This document shows positions 23,551 to 37,585 of a stretch of 60,000 nt of DNA, one piece after another. The position numbers and the translations under genes were made by a program. The notes under the pieces were generated by a model. It saw only the letters and a list, made by a program, of their open reading frames with translations, was not told the DNA's origin and did not search any database. The DNA is taken from assembly GCA_038087875.1 (NCBI GenBank), contig CM075988.1:26600001-26660000 (forward strand). The letters run 5' to 3'. Position 1 is the stretch's first letter; each line of letters begins with the position of its first letter. The DNA is from Malacoraja senta (lineage: Eukaryota).

Positions 23551-26526
23551 GATTGCCCATAAAGTGAATGAGGGGCAGCCCCGATGCAGTTGTTAATGCA
23601 GCAGAGAAGGTGTTGGGGGATGTTGTGCGTATGTTTGCTTTTTGGAAATTGCATTCAATAAATACATGGATTTTATTTAAAGTTCGAAGCCAGGTTTCCC
23701 TTCCCACCATTGTTTTTTTAACCTACAAGTTTGAGCTGGGTGAAAGTCTTTTTTCTTAACTCTGCTTTTTCCCCCCCATCTGGTTCTATGCCTGGATTTT
23801 AGGGGCAGGGTTGGGAGTAAAATATAGGACATTGAAGAGAAAGAAGTCTGAACAATGTCTGAGCTCAGGCAAGGGGGAGTGATTTACTGTTGTAAATTGT
23901 GAAAGGTGTAAACTTATAAACCAAAAGGCATTTTAAAATAGACACCCACTAGACTTTCATCAGATTGCACCATATTGCATGCAAGGTAATTTATAGTGAG
24001 GCTACACTTGAAAGCGATCCATTTTTTTCATTTAACGAATGTGCGAGATAAGGCTTGAGCGAAGATGTAGAACACTCAAAATATTGTTTCTTTTTATCTC
24101 TCAACTTCCTTATCTAACCACAAGTGCACGGGTCTGTCTTAGGCACGGCATGCAATTTCACAACAGCCACCCTACTAGACAGCAGGGCCCCAGATCCACA
24201 CTGAGGTTTGCAGCCACCGCTTCACACTGGAAAGTAGCGATGGAAGAAATACTAACTGCTTTCTTACGCAATGTATTTATCTCTGCTCTTCAAATCAGTT
24301 AGTGATTCCAACGCTGCTAATACAATGCGCACTAACTAGGTTGGTAATCAGATCAACTGCCTCCTCACTAACATTTAAAACGCAACATGTGCTGGTCAGT
24401 TCACAAGTTATTTTCTTGAATTGAGTAACCTAGAAATTGAGAGACAAATTATGGAAAGAGACACGGTTTATTAGTTTGCATCAAACCTTCAAATCATACA
24501 TCTTTATCAGAAGATTTTTCATTCACACTCCACTCAGAAATTAACCCTTCCTCTGACCCACTCTTGTGCACGACCCTCTCCTCCTCCCTCAACACCAATC
24601 CCGCTGCACCCTGCCAAAAATGAGGCAACTGTTCTCCCAACCCCATTTTTGAGTTGTTCTCCTTTGGACTGGCTCCTCTCTACGGCAAACATGGGAGACA
24701 GCTGGTGCTCCACAGATGACCAAACCAGCACCACTCTCGTGTGGAAGCTGCCTGTCTCAATCCCTGGATATAGACACAAAATGCCGGAGTAACTCAGCAG
24801 GGCCGGCAGCATCTCTGGAGAGAAGGAACGGGTGACGTTTCGGGGTGAGATCCTTCCTACACAAGTCTCAATCCCTGTTCCAGTCACCATCTTCAATACT
24901 TTGTTCCTACAATACATCTCCATTTATGTTCCTACAAGACACTTTAGGACACTTCTCTGGCTCAAAGTAGCTCAACGTCATTCTAGCTATTTCCAGAGGT
25001 TACTGATGCAGCCAGGCCCAGTTCAGTTTAGTGTAATGTGAACAGAGGTATAATGAAAAGCCCAGCATAACTAACACTGTTCAGCCCCCTTCTATAACAC
25101 TTGTTTCAAACCCACAGTGCCAGTACAAGCATGAACTTCATTGAAAACATAAACCTGAGTGAATTATTGAAAATCCTGGAGATGTTTGCATCCTTAATAT
25201 GATTAATAGAAGTGGTGTAAATCACAAAGTGTTGGCAACTCAACAGGTCAGGCAGGATCTATGAAGACAGAGTATACTGGTCTAAATTTGGATGACAGAT
25301 GGAGAGTGTATACTTGAGACCAGCAGCGTTTCAGGTCAGGACACTTTCAGATTGACGACGTTTCGCTGAGGTCTGAAGGAGGATCCCAACCCTAAACTCT
25401 GCCTGTCCATTGATGCTGCCTGACCTGCTGACTCCCATCTGGCACTTTGTGTTTGGAGCATCTGCAGTTTCCATTCAGAAATGGAGGACAGGTGGGGAAA
25501 GTTGGGGGGGGGGGGGTGGGAAATGCATGCCCCCGACAACAAGCTTGCAGGGAGTCTGTTTGGGGACAGATTCATCACCATGGAGGCATTAGTGATGATA
25601 GCAGGGAGAGTTGAAGGCAGCACAAGCTCTCCGACACCAAGCTTTCTGCAACATCGCCTGATGGTTAACACAATACTATCATTTTAATAACAGACTCAGC
25701 TGATAAAATAGAATTGTTAAAATAATTACCTCACCTCCAGTGTTGCAAAATAACTCTGTTAAGGAAGTACTTCCTTGTGCCCAGGAGGCCACCATTTTAC
25801 AGTGTGGGCTTCAAGTGTTGGTTACTGCTATAAAAGCATTAGTCTTTTAAAATTACAGAGTATAGGCTGCAAAAGGTCAATTGTTACCTCTTTATGCAGT
25901 GTTAGCATCTGAACTCTGGGTTGAAACACCATAGCTGCTAGCAAAGTCATTCTGGTGAAGTCAAGGGAATAAAGAGCTGGGAATTGAAACACCCAGATTG
26001 AATGGAGAGTTTATTATAGTCAAAGGGAAAAGAACCCAGACATGGTGTAGTCTGGTCCAATCTACTGTCTCCATAGTGAAGAGCAGTATACCCTCCACAA
26101 AGGTCCATCATCCAAACTTAGACCAGCGTTATCTGCAAGCAGACTATCTTGATGCCAACATTTCAAATTTAAAAAATATATATAATTTCAAATAAATCAA
26201 AGAAATGCATAATTTAAAGCATTTCAATTTTTCAGAATTACGTTGGGGGCAAACACTTGTAATAACCGTACATTATTCAAATTTAGAACCACCTGCCAAA
26301 ATGAAAAAGATATACACAAAACGTAAAGTTTGCACTTTAGTGCATAATATTTGCATGAAAGTTGAAAACTGCAAATGCGAAACTGTTGAGTCAAAATTAA
26401 TTGAATTCTAATCATTAATGAATTAAACCACAGAAATATTGTTTTCAATCGGCTAGTGTGATTAAATTTCCATTTACCAATAAAATCATATCGTGTCAAA
26501 CCAAACTGGAGAAATGGAATCGGTCA

Positions 26527-27299
26527 GGGCCTGTCCCACTTGGGCAATATTTTCAGCAACAGCCTGAAAAGAGGTTGTCGCGGCGTGGTCGGGGCGTGAC
26601 GCGGGGGGGGGGGTCTCCTTGTCGCCCCTGGATTTTGGAATGTTCAAAATCTTCAGGCGACATCTGGGTGTCTTCATCATGTTGTGGGCCCTGTCACACA
26701 CTGACGTACGCTGTCCTGCGGGTGATGCCCATTGACTTTCAAAACCTTTTAGATTTGGCTGAAGATAGCCAGGGGCAAAGTGCCCATAAAGAATGAAAAG
26801 TACATAAATGCACAAAGTACATTATTAAGAACATCTGAAATGATGCTCTTTCTAATGCGGTGAAAAAATAAAGATCTTTGTCTTGTTGAAGTTCATTGGA
26901 GTTGATGTAAATTGTAATGTTATTGTCAGATCTGACTATTGTTGAATACAATTTGTGCTTAAGTATGATGTTCTTTGAAATATGCCGTTAAATATATACA
27001 GTTACTTTTGCTGAAGTTAAACCTTTCTTGTTAAACAAATTGTTGTTTTTCAATATGATGTTATTTTTAAGCTGACATTAAATAAACAATTTATTTCCTA
27101 AAAAAAGTTATTGGTCCTTAGATTTATTGTAGATAAGTTCATTCCCAATGTGATTATTTACACTTCAGTGTAACCTTCTTGTGTTGTGAAGGCGGGTGCC
27201 GCGGAGTGTCGTAGATTGTCGTACAACTTCACGGTTTTACGGGCGTCAGTCACTGGCGCTCAGTCGCCGAAAAAAAAAATCGCAAAGTGTGACAGGCAT
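26527..27299. mobile_element. non-autonomous PIF/Harbinger-like element
   Basis: Left GGGCCTGTCCCACTTGGGCAATATTTT versus right (reverse complement) ATGCCTGTCACACTTTGCGATTTTT; CpG-rich subtermini, AT-rich core; TSD unclear. Confidence 0.62.
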
Positions 27300-28914
27300 T
27301 TTAGAGAGTTAGGGAAAAGCGCGACATCAAAAAGATTGGAAAAGTTGACGAGAACTTCAAGAATTGTCACCGAAGCAATGTGTGAATGGATGGTTATACA
27401 AGTTACAGCACACAGAAATGCACAGCATAGAAACAAGCCCGTCAGCCTTCAATGTCTGTGCCAAATAGAATGCCAATATGAACCATTTGCCCTCACATGA
27501 TCCACACCCCTCCATCCCTGCTTATCCATATCCAACTCTATTGGAGTTACGTACAAACTTCAAATCATCTGCTGAAGTCACAGCTATAACTCAGCATGAA
27601 CCAAGGCTAAAGTCACATACTTTCATCGCTCTGTTACAACCATTTAGCCAAATAAATAACCTAGTTCAGCAACACAACTACATCCATACAGCACAGAGAA
27701 TAAGTGTTTAGCACTCCATCCACAAATCTCGTTTTCTCAAAAGCTGTGCTCAAGTTATAACATCCAACTCATTTGTGAAACGCTGATACACTTCTTACAC
27801 CAATAGCATTTTGCAACATTGCCAGAACACTTTCAGCATTTAAGAGCAAGATTACAAAATCATGCAACATTTGGAAACCATCAAACAAACTTGTATTTTT
27901 CTTCTTATTTACAAGTAAGAAATATCCCTTCTTTTGACTAATAAACAAGCACTGACAATGTTACTTGTTCCTCTAAACTGGACTCTAATTGAGGTTTACA
28001 TTTGTTACAGCCTATAATCCATTTACCCAAATCAATGCTCAGTTACATTGATGTTTGACATTGACACCCAGACAGAATCTGCAAGTCAGAATGGGCTCGT
28101 GGTTAGTATTCCAACATCACTGCGGATTGGGTTTCAAATATTGGCAACTCCTGGGTCCTCTGCTTTCTGGGCTCAAACATCATGATATTTCCTAGACCTC
28201 TCTCTCACATACTGCTTTAACCCAAGGACATCCCGTGTACCGAGCAGTCACACCCAGGAAACCCCCATGATGGGCAGAGACGACTGGCTTCTGGTGAAGG
28301 TCCATGTGCCCATGCAGGTGGCTGCTCCCAATCTCCATCCACTGGAGAGGTTTTAGTCAACTCCTCTTAGGACCCAGTTTCTGAAGGTCTCCTCCACATT
28401 AGTACATTGAAAAACCTATGTTCTTCAATGTCAACAACCCACAAGTCCACCAGTCACTGGGTGATGCCCAAGTGAGAATCAGCAAGAGGCCCATTCCCAG
28501 TTCAATCTCTACATTGAAGAGAGAAGGCCATTTGGCCCAGCTTCTCCACATCCTGAAGGAACTATCCAATCACAATTATTTCCTCCCATCATCCATGTCT
28601 TTCATGAAAACTCTTATCCACAGCCTGTTAACATTTTCTAGGAATTCTGTTTCCATCACTTATGATTGGTCAGTACATCAATCAATCAAAGTGAGCCTAT
28701 CATTACCTGCCTCACCAATACCTCAAGACATTGTCAGATCAACTGTGTTTTTATAAAGAGTTCCAATCATGCAATGGTCAACGTCCTTTCTTTTTTCCAT
28801 GCAGCTTGATTCAATATGTTGTCAATGTACTCTAGTAAATCTAAGCAAAGCACCTCATGGTAATATTATCGTGCCAAATGTAATATATTATGAGGGGAAT
28901 AATTAGGGAAAATG

Positions 28915-29225
28915 CAGTCTTTTACCCAGAAGAGGGGAATCAAGGACCAGAGGAAACAAGTTTAAGGTGAGATGGGAAAAATGTAATAGGAACCAGAGGG
29001 GCAACTTTTCCCAAGTGTGGTAGGTATATGGTATAAGCGGCCAGATGAGTTAGTGGAGGCAGGTGCTATAACAACATTTAAAATACAATTAAACAGGTAC
29101 ATGGATAGGAAAGGTTTAGAGGGAGAGGAGCCAAAAGCAGGCAGGTAGGACTAGCATAGATGAGGCATCTTGGTTGGAATGGGCAAGTTGGACCAAAGGA
29201 CCCGTTTCCGTGTTGCATAACTCTG
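28915..29225 (+). mobile_element. diverged CR1 3' fragment
   Basis: GAATCAAGGACCAGAGG...TTTAAGGTGAG (SRTRG-like), AGTGGAGGCAGG, tail GGACCAAAGGACCCGTTTCCGTGTTG. Confidence 0.65.
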
Positions 29226-30713
29226 ACGTCTGCACCCTCTCAATGGCTTTGGCATACCAGGAGAGGCATCTAAAATAGGGCAATGTCCCCATTTTGGCCT
29301 AACCAGTTTATTTTTCTCAAAGTCAACGTTACCCCTTCACACTTCCTCCACTCTCAGAGACTCCTCCCCTGCCCCAGATATCTAATAAACGTCACCTCTT
29401 GCTCAGTCACACTGTGCCTGGTGAACTCAACATGGCCACCAACAGGTAGGCAGATTAGGAGCATGTTTCTCTGGATGAACAGAGGGAAATGGCGAGGAAG
29501 CTTTGGAAAACAGGACAGCCATCAGTCCTTTGGAAACTCTAACACCATTCAAATAAATAAACCTAATCGGTATCTGAACTCCACCTTGATTCTATAAATC
29601 TGCACAATATCACCAAGCTGCAAAGTATAAAATCATTTTTCCTACCCCTACCCTCTGAGTATCTCAAGAGTAAGAGTCCCTGATCTGAATTACTCTTCAA
29701 ATTGCCTCATAATTGGTTTGGGCGGAAAGAATTGCAAACCTCAGCTCACCCCGACAAACACAAAAAGCATTAACACCGTCAAACATAATGTGTGACTAAT
29801 GTGATGTCATCAATTAACTCTGAAGAAACACACAAAAAAAACCCAACACTCACCACACACAAGGTTGGTATTAACAATGTGTAATATTTGCTTTCCAACG
29901 TCTAAAGTTCGAAGCCTCCATGCAAAGGGACCATTATGTTCAGAGTTCACTGCTCAACAATGAAGCATAAGACTATCAGACCACCAGATCTCCATGCATT
30001 GTTCCAATGAGCACATGGGGTCTCAGTTAGACTGATAAGCAGTCAGCTGGTCAAACAGAGATAGAAAGTGGGGCATACATCCAAGCACAAATGCAATCTG
30101 ATTTAGCAACTTGTGATCTAGGTTTCAAACTGGCACAAACCTCATGCGCTCCCCGTCATTAAGGACCCCTGCACGGCTATATTCTTCACAGACCTACAGC
30201 AACCATTTTAAAGTAGTGGAACAAAATATCCATGTGACTCTACAAAATCTTCCAACTTCACCAAAGGCTTGGCTGAACCAACGATAGTGATCCTGAAACA
30301 TCACCCATTCCCTCTCTTGAGATGCTGCCAGTCCACTGAGTTACTCCAGCATTTTGTGTCTATCTATAATGTTCCCTCTCTCCAGATAGCATTCACATTG
30401 GAGAGACACAAGGAAGTGCAGACACTGCAGTCAACGAGACCGCACTGGGTGTCTTGAGAAAGTGACCATGATGACCATAGTACCTAGTGTGGTCACCATA
30501 GTACATGACCACACAGTAACCTGCACTGATTGACCCAATCAATGTGACAGAAAAGATGTGATTAGTAACAATGGGCAGCGCGTGCAGGAATACAGCGATC
30601 GCATCACCTTTTCATTCGTGAATACTTAACTGACAAATAATGAAAGTACCAACATCGTGTTGACTTTCCCCTTTTCTCAGTCGTTCTCCAGTCCATGTTC
30701 CAAGCTCCCAGAG

Positions 30714-30917
30714 CAGGGATCCCCAACCCTTTTCATCCCGTTTACCCCAGGCAACTTTAATAGCAGATAACAATGTTATTTCACTTATTTATGAACTAAT
30801 GATGAACAGATACCAGAACCAAACGCAGTCAGTCAATGAGAAAAAATATGTACAAATCCAGAATCAACAAATTTACCCCCTGGGTAGGCGGAATTTACCC
30901 AAGGTTGGGAACCCTCG
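30714..30917. mobile_element. hAT-Charlie-like MITE
   Basis: Termini CAGGGATCCCCAACC / GGTTGGGAACCCTCG; 8-bp TSD TCCCAGAG (30706-30713) / TCCTAGAG (30918-30925), one mismatch. Confidence 0.8.
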
Positions 30918-33900
30918 TCCTAGAGTGAAAGCCAGAGCAACACATAGCATGGAAACAGGCCCTTCAGCCCAACCTATCCATGCCGACCAACATGCCCATT
31001 TAAGCTAGCCCACAATTGATCCATATCCCTCCAGGACTGTGTAATCCATCTCATTCACCTTTGATGCATCATTACAGAGGACACATTTCCTCCAGAACCT
31101 CCGAGATAGCAACTCGTTACACTGCTCAATATTTATACTGTTCTTTAACCTTTAGGAGCAAGGGACAACCATTCCACTAAATCGTAGCTGATGTGCACAT
31201 CTTCATCTGCAGATGTTGGTTTAAACCGAAGATAGACACAAAAAGCTGCAGTAACTCAGCGGGACAAGTAGCATCTCTGGAGAAAAGGAATGGGTGGCGT
31301 TTTGGGTTGAGACCCTTCTTCAGATGAGAGCCAGAGGAAAGGGAAACATTACATCACCGTCTATATCTCTCATTTCCCTTCCCGACTCTCAGTCTGAAGG
31401 GTTTTCTCCAGAGATGCTGTCTGACCCACTGAGTTACTCCAGCTTTTTGTGCACATCTTTATCTAGAAGATTACGTCCGGTCATCTCCACACCCCACATT
31501 ATTCTCGCCCAACATAAAAGTCTCCCTGCAGTCCAGTAACATGAAGCTAACCTCCACTGCTACTGCCTCTCTAGTCTGGAGCACGCTACAATTACAAGCA
31601 GCTGATAATTGATGCCTTTCACATCTGAGAAATGGTACACACACGCATGCTTTCCATCCCCTCATGTAAGAGAGGAATGTAAATATTGGACATCTGCCAG
31701 GAAAACTAAAATTCAACCAGAAAACACTGTAAATGCAGCAGCCTGATGTACAAACACGAGAAGTGGCAATGACTTCACAACCATTCAGCCAAGGGGGGTC
31801 AAACAGAGCAAGAACTATATATGGCTCAGCATCACCAGAACTGAGCAAAGACTGGAGCTTTAACTCCTTCTATTCCAAAATGTATATTTAATGGTCTGCA
31901 ATATTTAGCTATGAATCTTTACAATATTGTTTTTTTCTTCCAATTTGGTCTTTGCATTATCATGGCCTAGTTTACATAGAATAATTGATAATTTATGTTC
32001 ATAAGTGATAGGTGCAGAATTAGGCCATTCGGCCCATCAAGTCTACTCCACCAGTCAATCATGGTTGATCTATCTCTCCCTCCTAACTCCATTCTCCTGC
32101 CTTCTGCCCATCACCCCGGACACCCGTACTAATTAAGCCAACGAGGATCCCTTTCCTAATGTTTTGATGCCAGACGTACAGCCAGTATTCATTTAGAACT
32201 TTCACTGGAGTAAGAGGCTGCATGGCACTTCATAGAACTGCTACCTAACAAAATATGACAGTCAACCACATCATTAGATATCAGCATTGGTGAAAACAGA
32301 AGAGGGAAAGTATAAGCGAGGAAATTCCAGAACTTGGGACCTTGGAAGTTGATGGAAAATGCACCCATGTTGGAATGATGAAACTAGGGGCAGTGCAAGA
32401 GGTTGTGGTGAACTGAGATCCCAGAGTATGGAGGAAGGTAGGGGCAGGGACATATCAAAAGCACATGACTAATTGAAGGTTATGTGGACAAGTCACATAG
32501 ATGCTCTCACCAACACACTGGTACATTATGTGCAGGAATATGGACATAGAGATGGTGAGAGGAATTTAAAATTAACATGCCTGACTGTTTAAAAATACGA
32601 GACTTTAAAAACAAGTTTAAGTTAGCCCAGCAGAAAGTTCCGATCTAATAAGATGGGGAACAAAATCTGTCGCCACTGCATAAAGGCAGGAACGCCAGGC
32701 ATTGTTGATAGAAGGAACTGCAGATGCTGGTTTACAAAAAAGACAAAGTGCTGGAGTAACTCAGCAGGTCAGGCAGCATCTGTGGAGAATATAGAGGGTG
32801 ACATTGTGGGTCGGGACCCATATTCATACTGTCGACTCAATCTCACTCAACTTCAGTGGAGTCAGAGGAATCAAAGGTCCAGGATGGGTAATCTGTGACA
32901 AACTCTCTCTTGCATATTTAGCCGTAGCAGCCACTGAAATTTCTTCTCAAGTGTACTTATTAGTTGCTGCAGCTGCGGAGAGGGTAGAGAAGCTAAAAAG
33001 GCAGGTTTGATTTGCATGAAGTTAAACAAACTTTACTAAAACCGCAGCATCAGGAAATAGGGAAATAGTCGTGCTGCAACCCATAGGCTTGTTACTTACT
33101 CATTTCAGGCTGGCTGCAAAGTTATTTCATGATTAGTCAGGTTATTATGTGATTAGCCTCGTCCAAATTAATTTGTGATCTCGCGCTAACCTGGAAAACA
33201 GTATTGAAGAATGACACAATCCAGAACAGCCTCGAATGAATAGAATAACCAAATTTACACAGGAAGTCAGCACTTACCAGACCCTTTATTCTAACACACA
33301 TAACCCTGTGTTATATCTGGAAGCAATTATCCAGCGTTAAACATGATCTACCTTCAATCTGCTTTCCACTGAAATTAAGTCCAAAGAAATATTTTAAACA
33401 TTTGTAAAAGGAGATGGCAGAATCAGTGCAGACTGCCTGGCTAAGTTTACTAATTTGCCACTCAAAACAATTCCACATGCAACTTTCTTCATAGTGCCTA
33501 CATTTTAACACATCCTTCACACGTAGATTTTAACCAATTGGAAATATCTAAAAGTAAAATTGATACATGAGAAAAATTGTTGACACAGGTTCCCACTCTG
33601 GGAAGAAACTCAACATCAGTATCAGAGTCCAGACATTGACCAGGGAAACCTTCACTTGCTTCACTTTAAATATTTGTAATTTCTAATGAGATCATTTTTG
33701 CCCTCAACAATTAAAATTATATAATGATTCAATGAGTTTAAATTAAAGGCTACCAATTCAATCACTAAAAACAGATTGTCATTTTCTAATTTGAAATTGA
33801 TGCAGAAATTCAAAGAAGTTCTGAATATCGAGGGCTTTTGCTGTGTAAACTTTTATCCTCTCCTCCGGTAATTGAATCACCATTAAATTATACTCCTACA

Positions 33901-34056
33901 TCAAGATTCCCTTTAAAGGACTGACACTAAGTTTAATAAACAGAGAAGCATTTCAAATAAACACATTTACGAGAGTTTCGCCGTGTACTGGAACCCACAT
34001 ACGCAGTAAACGAACAAGCGAACGGGGAAGAAACAAGTCTGCAGAAAGACCAAGTC

Positions 34057-34283
34057 CCAGAGTAAGAGTCAATGTCCGATTTAAAGGTTTCTATGAGAAA
34101 GAAACGAAACCGATACGAAAAGAAAGGTTGCTTTATCTCAGTGCGGCTGGCGAGAAGCTCGGGCAGTTTCCAGAGAAGAAGTCACTGTCCAATTTAAAGG
34201 TTTCTTGGAGGAAGAAATGAAACTGATACAAACAGAAGAGAGGTTGTTTTATCTCAAGATGGCTGGTGAGAACTTCTGGCAGC
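34057..34283 (+). repeat. two diverged tandem copies of an approximately 113-bp unit
   Basis: CCAGAG..GTCAATGTCCGATTTAAAGGTTTCT...TTTATCTCA..GGCTGGCGAGAA at 34057 recurs at 34170 as CCAGAG..GTCACTGTCCAATTTAAAGGTTTCT...TTTATCTCA..GGCTGGTGAGAA. Confidence 0.8.
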
Positions 34284-34730
34284 ACAAACTCACCCACCAC
34301 CTGGTTTTACTTTCCATTGATTTAACTGAAAAATCAGGTTGGGTCAAGTTAAAATAATCTGCTATCAATTATTTTATTTCAGAGGAAAAATCATTGGCAG
34401 GTTTGTGATCGTCCGATTCCATTGTCGGGGGTAGAGTTAAATACACCAGGAGGATTAGGGCAAAACATTCCAAAAATTGCCTCGTGAAAACCCATGCAAA
34501 CGTGAAACAGGAACCAAAATACATCTTTACCGAGATCAAGCTGCCACAAGCATCCAGAATATAATCAAACCCGTTATATACCAGACACACATACAAACAC
34601 TGAAAATATTGCTTCATATTTCTGAACAATTAATTCATACAGAATTAAACAACAATATGACAGGATGTCATTGTAGTTCTGGTTGTTATTTGTTTGCTGC
34701 CCAATTACTTATTTTACTACTTTTGTTAAC

Positions 34731-35307
34731 ACTTCAATTGTACAGGGCCCTGGTGAGGCCACATCTGGAGTATTGTGTGCAAGTTTTAGGAAGGACATCC
34801 TTGCTATTGAGGCAGTGCAGCCTAGGTTCACGAGGTTACCCCCGGGATGGCGGGAGTCTCATATGAGGAAAGATTGGAAAGACTGGGCTTGTATTCACTG
34901 GAAATTAGAAGGATGAGAGGGCATCTTATAGAAACATATAAAAATATAAAAAAGACTGGACAAGCTAGATGCAGGAAAAATATTCCCAATGTTGGGGGAA
35001 TCCAGAACCAGGGGCCACAGTCTAAGAATAAAGGGGAGCCCATTAAAAACTGAGATGAGAAAAAAAAAATTCACGCAGAGTTGTGAATTTGTGGAATTCT
35101 CTGCCACAGAAAGCAGTGGAGGCAGATTCACTGGATGAATTTAAAAGAGAGATAGAGCTCTAGGGGCTAGCGGAATCAAGGGATATGGGGAGAAGGCAGG
35201 CACGGGTTACTGATTGTGGATGATCGGCCATGATCACAATGAATTGTGGTGCAGGGTCGAAGGGCCGAATGGCCTCCTCCTGCACCTATTTCCTATGTTT
35301 CTATGTT
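34731..35307 (+). mobile_element. CR1 LINE 3' fragment
   Basis: LQLYRALVRPHLEYCVQ, GVSYEERLERLGLYSLEIRRMRGHLIETYK; tail TTCCTATGTTTCTATG. Confidence 0.9.
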
Positions 35308-37363
35308 CCCCTCCAATGTTTATGCTTATTGACAAATAGAATACGTTGGCAGGTAGGCATAGAATATTCAGCAGTTTTGTGAATATCTAAGCATTTAAAA
35401 AAGTGACAAAATGTTTCATCTACACAGTTACCCCAGTGATTGGAAAGATCAGAATAAATCAATCTTAGGCACGTCCGTATCATCCCAGGGTTGTGCAGGG
35501 TTGCAATTATGGTCACCAAAGCTGGCACCAATATTGCGCACATCCCAGAGAAGGGCCTCCATTAAATATTAATCCATTATTTTCTGCTGGTTACTGGGAG
35601 CTTTGTTTCTTCACAAAAACAAGGCTCGTGGACAAAAGGTCAATTCACAACACAACTTAGTCACCTTATTTATTATTCTCCTTTCACTCACATATTTATC
35701 AACTTTCCCCTTAAATGAACTGATGTTTGCCCCAATAACTTCATGTGGTAGCAAGCTCCACAGTTAATGCATTCCAAGTATTTTTAATTTTATACAGTCA
35801 TACAGCATAAAAACAGGCCCTTCAGCCCAATTCATCCAGGCCAACCAAACATCTGCCAGTGTTTGACCAATTGCCGCTAAATTTTTCCTATCCATGTACC
35901 TGCCCAAATTGTCGTTTAAATGCTCTTATAGTACCTGCCTCAACTACCTCCTCTGGCAGCTCGTTCCATACAACCACCACCCTCATATGTTTGGTATTTT
36001 GTGTAGAAGGGGCAAGTATTCCTTGTAGAACAATGAACTCTACAGGGGGAAGCTCTAAACATAGTGGAGAAGAGGCAGGGAGCGCACGGGCCTGGGCCTT
36101 GCTTCAAAACACCATTAAACATATTTCTGATTCAGAAATCAAACACCAATTTTGAGTGATTGTAAGACGACCTCCACTGACAACATACAGGACTGGAACT
36201 GTCCGGTAAAGATGGATCCCCCACCAGTTATGGATCCAAACGCCACTGTGTACCCCATCAAGCATTAGGGGAGGAATGTGGGGGCGAGGAAGAAGTCACG
36301 AACAACATAATTAGAAATAATCCTGCGTTTCAATTCATCATAAAAGTTACGTCACAATGTAATTGGATGTTGAACTATGGTCTTAAATTATACCGCACAT
36401 TTTAAAATAAATAAACACCTTAAGTTGCTCGTAGAAGGAATAACTTAGAGGTCACGAGTGAGTTTCTGGCCAAAGGAATGTCAATCTGTAGACTTTTTGT
36501 TAACCTTAGGACTCAAGACAAGAACCAGAGTAGCTGAAATCCCAAGTGTGTCGACAGAGGTCTTTGCAGTGAGCAGGGGTTACCCAGGCAGGTCAGCATC
36601 TCGGGCCTTCCTGCAGCACTCATTTCCTGAGCAGCCCAGGGTCTTCCAGCAATAAAGCTAATGGCACTTCCTAGCTGGACATGTTCAGACAGAGCTGTCC
36701 GTCACTGGTCATACAAAGGGAAGTGCTGGTTTCCATTACGAGCTTACATTACCAGGTGCCACTAATAAGGCCAGGAATAAAGAGGACCAAGCAGTGGGGG
36801 GGGGGGGGGGGGGGGGGGGGGGGAACAGGGAGGGAGGGAACGGAGAGAGGGCGAGCCAGCCAGGCAGATGGAAAGACAAGCCGGTTAAATGTGTTTATTT
36901 CAGAATTTATTTCATGCTGATGCTATACACAACACCAGAGGTTGCTCAAACAGAACCGGCTAAATCCCTCCCACAAGGCACCAATATCTTCAGATAAATA
37001 CGGAGGCATTTTAATTTGTAATCTGTCGCTGCAACTGGTGTGCTGAAGGCAAGGACTAAACAGAACACAGTGTCACACAGCGTGCAGGACAAGAGAGAGT
37101 TAGATTTAGCTCTTAGGGCTAAAGGAATCAAGGGATATGGGGAAAAAGCAGGAACGGGGTACTGATTTTAGATGATCTATGATCATATTGAATGGCGGTA
37201 CTGGCTCGAAGGGCCTACCCCTGCACCGATTTTTTTGTTTCTAAGTGGTCGGCCTCTGCTGCCTGTGCTGGATCATTGCATCTACCCATGCAGTCTCACA
37301 CTGCTACTCACTCCTTGCACCCCTATCATTCACTCTCCATTCCTGTTCTAGCAATGTGCATGG

Positions 37364-37585
37364 AAGGAACTGCAGATGCCAGTTTCAATCGAAGTTAGAC
37401 ACAAAATGTTGGAGTAACTCAGCGGGAGAGGCAGCATCTCTGGACTCTGGAGAGATGAATGGGTGACGTTTCAGGTCGAGACCCTTCTTTCAGACTAGTG
37501 TATCGACCCAAAACGTCACCCTTTCCTTCTCTCCAGAGATGCTGCCTGTCCCACTGAGTCACTACAGCTTTGTGTGTCTATCTCC
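37364..37585. mobile_element. Penelope-derived palindromic repeat copy
   Basis: GGAAGGAACTGCAGATG...GGGTGACGTTTCAGGTCGAGACCCTTC followed by an inverted arm. Confidence 0.75.

Noticed and set aside
25145..25175. ACCTGAGTG as a possible 3' end of ZBTB16 exon 3 (CACTCAG|GT on minus)
   Set aside because: The upstream sequence does not encode LRLRMHLLA or a CxxC motif. No exon 3 match was found by eye anywhere in the window.
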